A DNA stretch of 52,262 bases from Chiloscyllium plagiosum (taxonomy: Eukaryota), in contig NC_057758.1 of assembly GCF_004010195.1 (NCBI RefSeq), positions 4,259,104 through 4,311,365 of the forward strand. Direction: 5' to 3'. The first letter of the stretch is position 1, and each line of letters starts with the position of its first letter. A program made the position numbers and the translations under genes. Under the pieces are notes generated by a model that was not told the DNA's origin, made no database searches, and saw only the letters and a list, made by a program, of their open reading frames with translations. Of this stretch, positions 48,328-52,262 are shown one piece after another.

Positions 48328-51300
48328 CCAACTTGGCCTATCCAAATTAGAAGCTTGACAAATGCCAGAGAAGTCGTCGCGAGGACATTGGCTGATATTT
48401 TTGCATTTTTATTAACCACGGGTGACGTCCCAGAAGACCGCAGAAGAGCGAATTGCGTGCCCTTATTCAAGAAGCGCGGGAAATTAAAGCCTGGGAAAGA
48501 AAGATCAATCTGTGGTAGGTAGGTTACGTGAAGTGATCCTGAAAAAGATAATCCAGCATTTAGACATATAGGGGTAATTAGAAACAGTCAGCATGGACTT
48601 TTTTATTTGCTTGGGATGTCATGCTTATCATATTTGTTCGACTTCATTGATGAAGCGACCAGGAAGTTTATTGAGAGCGGGGCCGTAGATGCGGCTTATA
48701 TGGATTTCAGGATGTTCTTTGATAAGGGTCCATATGGTAGGCTGCTCTGGAAGGTCAGTTCGTATGGAATCCAGAAGGGCTGGCAAATTGGATACACAGT
48801 TGGCTTGACGGTAGAAATCAGAGGATATTGTGGACAGTTTCTTGTCTGACTGGAGGCCTGTGACTCGTGGAATGCCTCAATGATCGGTGCAGGGCACACT
48901 GTTATTTGTTATCTGTATCACTGATTTGGATGAGACTGGACATGGCCTGAAGAGCATGTTTTCAGTGACATTAAAACAGGCGGCACCATGGAGAGTGAAG
49001 AAGGTGACTGAAATGGCAGCAGGACTTGATCAGCTGGGGAAGTGGTCAGAAATTTGTCAAATGACTTTTGCTATAGATAAACGTGAGGTCTTGCATTTGT
49101 TGGGAAGTCACATCAAGGTAGGAGTTCATAGTAAAAGGTAGGGCAGTAAGGAGTGTCGTGGAACAGATGGACTTTGGATTTAAGATCCAGGGTTCCCTGA
49201 AAGTGGAGTGTCAGGTAGACAGTGCAGGACGACATTGCATCAACTCATGTTTAAAGTGGAAACAATAAAACGGAAAATGAGGGGTAACGTTTTGCACAGA
49301 GGGTGGTACGCATATGAAATGGAATATATGGGGGATAAACTGACAGCAGAAGTGGTTGGGGCAGGTACATTAACAATATTTAAAATACATTTTAACCAAT
49401 ACGTAGATAGGAAAGATTTAGAAGGATATGAGCCAAGAGAAATGGAGTTAGCGGTGATTAACATTTTGAATGTCGTGGAACAGCCAAGGCAATGGCACTG
49501 TCTCCGTGCTGCAGGATTCCATTCCTCGATTAACCCAGATCTACTGGATTAAAGATAGGGTCACTTTCATGTCACCACAAGACCACTCAGCGGACTTCCT
49601 ATTTTCCTATTTTTGAGTTCTCTAACATAGACTCACAGGCCACAAAGCTCCCTTCCGTCTCGCAGAGCTCCGCAAAATCTGCATTGTCCAACGTTGAAGA
49701 GTGTAAAAGATCCAGCATCTAATTCTGCCATCCTGTTTCCCATATACAGGCGACACAGAGCTGAATGTTCAATTATCAGTCTCCCGCTCTGTCGATATTG
49801 AATGATTGCAGATAATGCATATGATGCATGCTGCTGAATGTCCAAATCTCAGTTCTCCAACAATGTCCATATTGTATTACTGAAGGCAGTGCACAATCTG
49901 CATGCTGTCGAGTGTCCATATATGTTAGTTATCTGACACTGTCAATATTTATCACTTCAGATGCTGTTTTACTGTTGAAAGTACACTTTGTAGCATCCAA
50001 GTATCAGCCGTGCAACAGAGTAGTGATTGTTTTGATATAGACAATCCAGCAACTGAGAATTGTTGAGTGACCAAATATGACTGCATAGGCTGTCTGATTA
50101 CAAGATAATGGTTACACTGGATCTCCTTCGTGATTAGAGAGTGGTGATAAGGTTTCATTTTGCCTTCGCAATTCACACCTTACCCTGAGCCTCCCATCCC
50201 GACACCCGCCCTGTTCCCCGCGTCTGGTCAGGTTCTCCGAAATGATTCCAGGTTTTTAAACATTAAACTTGTTGAAGTCTGAACGGGGAAAATATCATTT
50301 TGGAATGAGTGGTTGAGAAAAACGTTATTTAAAATCAGATACGAAGAGGAGTGGACAGGTCTGCGCCTCAAACCTGCTCTGCCAGTAAGAGAGAATCGTC
50401 TCTGTTCCAAAATTCGTCTCATCCACTTTCCTGACTTCGTCTGTAACCCGTGAATCCCCGATTGATAAAGTCTACCTATCTTATGTTTACACAAAACGTC
50501 TGGCCACCATAGCTCTCTGTGACACAGATTTCCAAAAATTCACAACCTTCCGAGAGAAGAAATTCCTCCTCATCTCTGTCTAACTTGCTGCTTACTTATT
50601 CTGATTCTCTGGTCCTGGATTCTACGATGAAGGAAAACCTCCTATCAGCATTTACCCTTTCAATCACGCTTCAGAATCATGTATGCTCCACTTGAAAACA
50701 ACGCTCATTCTCGAAATATTCAGTGAATAGATGCCGACAGACTTAGGCTTTGCTTATGAGATACTTCCTTCAAACCTGAAATCATCCGAGTGTACCTTCC
50801 CTAAACTGCCTCCAATGAAATGAGATTTTTCCTTCAATGAGGGAACAAAAACTGTTCACAGTATTCCAGACATTGTCTCCCCAGAACCTTGATCAGTTGC
50901 AGTCAGACCTCCCTGATATGATACTTGAAAATCTTGAAATAACGATCAACATTCCATTATCCTTTGTGAATGTCTGTTGCCCCTCTCTACCAGCTTTTTG
51001 TGTTTCGGGAACATTTTCTCCCAAGTCCCATTGTGTTGCAGTTTTCTTTATTTAAAATTCCCCCTTCCAAAACAAATATCTTCACGTCTTTCAATGTTAT
51101 AAGATACTTATCAATTTTGTGTCCATTGACTTGAACAATTAATATATTTCAATAAATTGTTTAGATTTTGCTCGCAACTTTCCATTCCACCGATCGTAAT
51201 ATTGTGAACAATTTTGGTGACTGGTTGTTCAGTTCTTTGCTCCAAGTCATTAATACCGTGCTGGCACGACTTTCTCAACTCTCCCCTTGTCTGGGATGTG

Positions 51301-52262
51301 GTGATTGTGTTTCCCAAGTCTGACCATGTTTCTCCTTTGACACGGTTATGTTGCCCTAGGTTTGGTTTCAGATTGAGCAGTCTGGCTGTTTAGAGCAAGT
51401 AATCAGTCAGTTTTGAGGTTGCTGGTCTAATAAGCGATGGATGAAGGTGTTCCATGCTGAATCTCTCTGCTGTCTCTCCCCAGTGGGCCCTATGTTTGAT
51501 GTTATATTTTGTGCCAAGGCCGTGTTTATGGAGGTTGTTGCAGTAATTTACAACAAGATTAAGTTGGGATAATCTGTTCCGCTTTCAGATCGGTTACGTT
51601 TGTTTATATTCTGGTCTCTGTTGTTTGTGTTCCATTCGCTAATCTTGCAAATTAATTCTCATTTTCTGCAAACTCACTGGTGAGGCCAGCTGCATCACTC
51701 AGGAATAGCTGCTCTGCACCTGCTTCAGACAATTAACAAAGTTAGGGTCTGAGTACTTCCTTGAAATATTTTGATGGTGTGGTCGGTCTGGTCCATAACA
51801 AAATCTTTAAACATTTTTGTCGTGTGCATGTTATTTTGATCGAAATTTCCTCTGAAACGGAACCAGTCACTATCCTGTCTGACCATGTTTCTCAAGTTGC
51901 TTGGAATCAACAGCTCACTCGCTGCCTCCGTTCATGCAAGTCAAATGATATGTTGGCCTTATTTGCAAGAGGAATGGAGTTCAGGAGTTGGGATAGCTCA
52001 TTGAAGTTATACAGGGCTTTGGCGAGACTATCCTTGGGGTATTGTGTTTTGTGGAGTCTCACTAACCCAAATAGAACGCCACAGAACGCTCATCGAGACA
52101 GCACTGGGACTCCATGAGATTGCGACTGTTCAGATCATACTTAATCGACTTCCCTGCCTTTTCCCCATAACTCTCGATTCCCCATCCTGATTAAACTTAA
52201 TTTGTCACAGCCTTAAATATACTGAAAGACCCAACCTCCACAGCCATCTGCGGTAAAGAATT

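Larger units (their letters stand above)
41636..52262 (-). repeat. Large inverted repeat, arm B' (truncated by window end)
   Basis: Reverse complement of 28015-35026, with arm-specific extra segments 42756-43405, 45214-45581 plus one duplicate copy, and 46168-48327. Confidence 0.97.

Overview
Eukaryotic, repeat-saturated DNA with six assembly gaps (5767-6084, 8636-9135, 23043-23241, 35697-36581, 41136-41635, counting by eye five N runs) and no intact cellular protein gene, tRNA, rRNA or CRISPR array that I can support. The repeat set is decayed CR1 LINEs, Penelope-like elements (RT + GIY-YIG) with hammerhead-bearing pseudo-LTRs, a Tx1/L1 3' end and CA/GA/TTCC microsatellites. It resembles that of cartilaginous fish, probably a shark (inference from memory of these repeats). 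The dominant feature is architectural: two large inverted repeats side by side. Arm A (1-8635) mirrors A' (15152-23538), and arm B (28015-35026) mirrors B' (41636-52262). Both outer arms run off the window edges, which fits a direct-inverted-direct triplication or an alternating-orientation array of a unit of 20 kb or more. The arms differ by roughly 4-6% (hand-checked patches) and by arm-specific indels. However, each outer arm ends at a 500-N gap, so a scaffolding artefact must be excluded. Secondary observations: short inserts flanked by very long direct duplications (about 840 and 490 bp), an intact minimal hammerhead core, a Penelope fold-back insertion with a TSD, a 24-bp CRE-centred palindrome in both A arms, unusually undepleted CpG in parts of the arms, and weak exon-like and protein-relic signals in arm B/B'.
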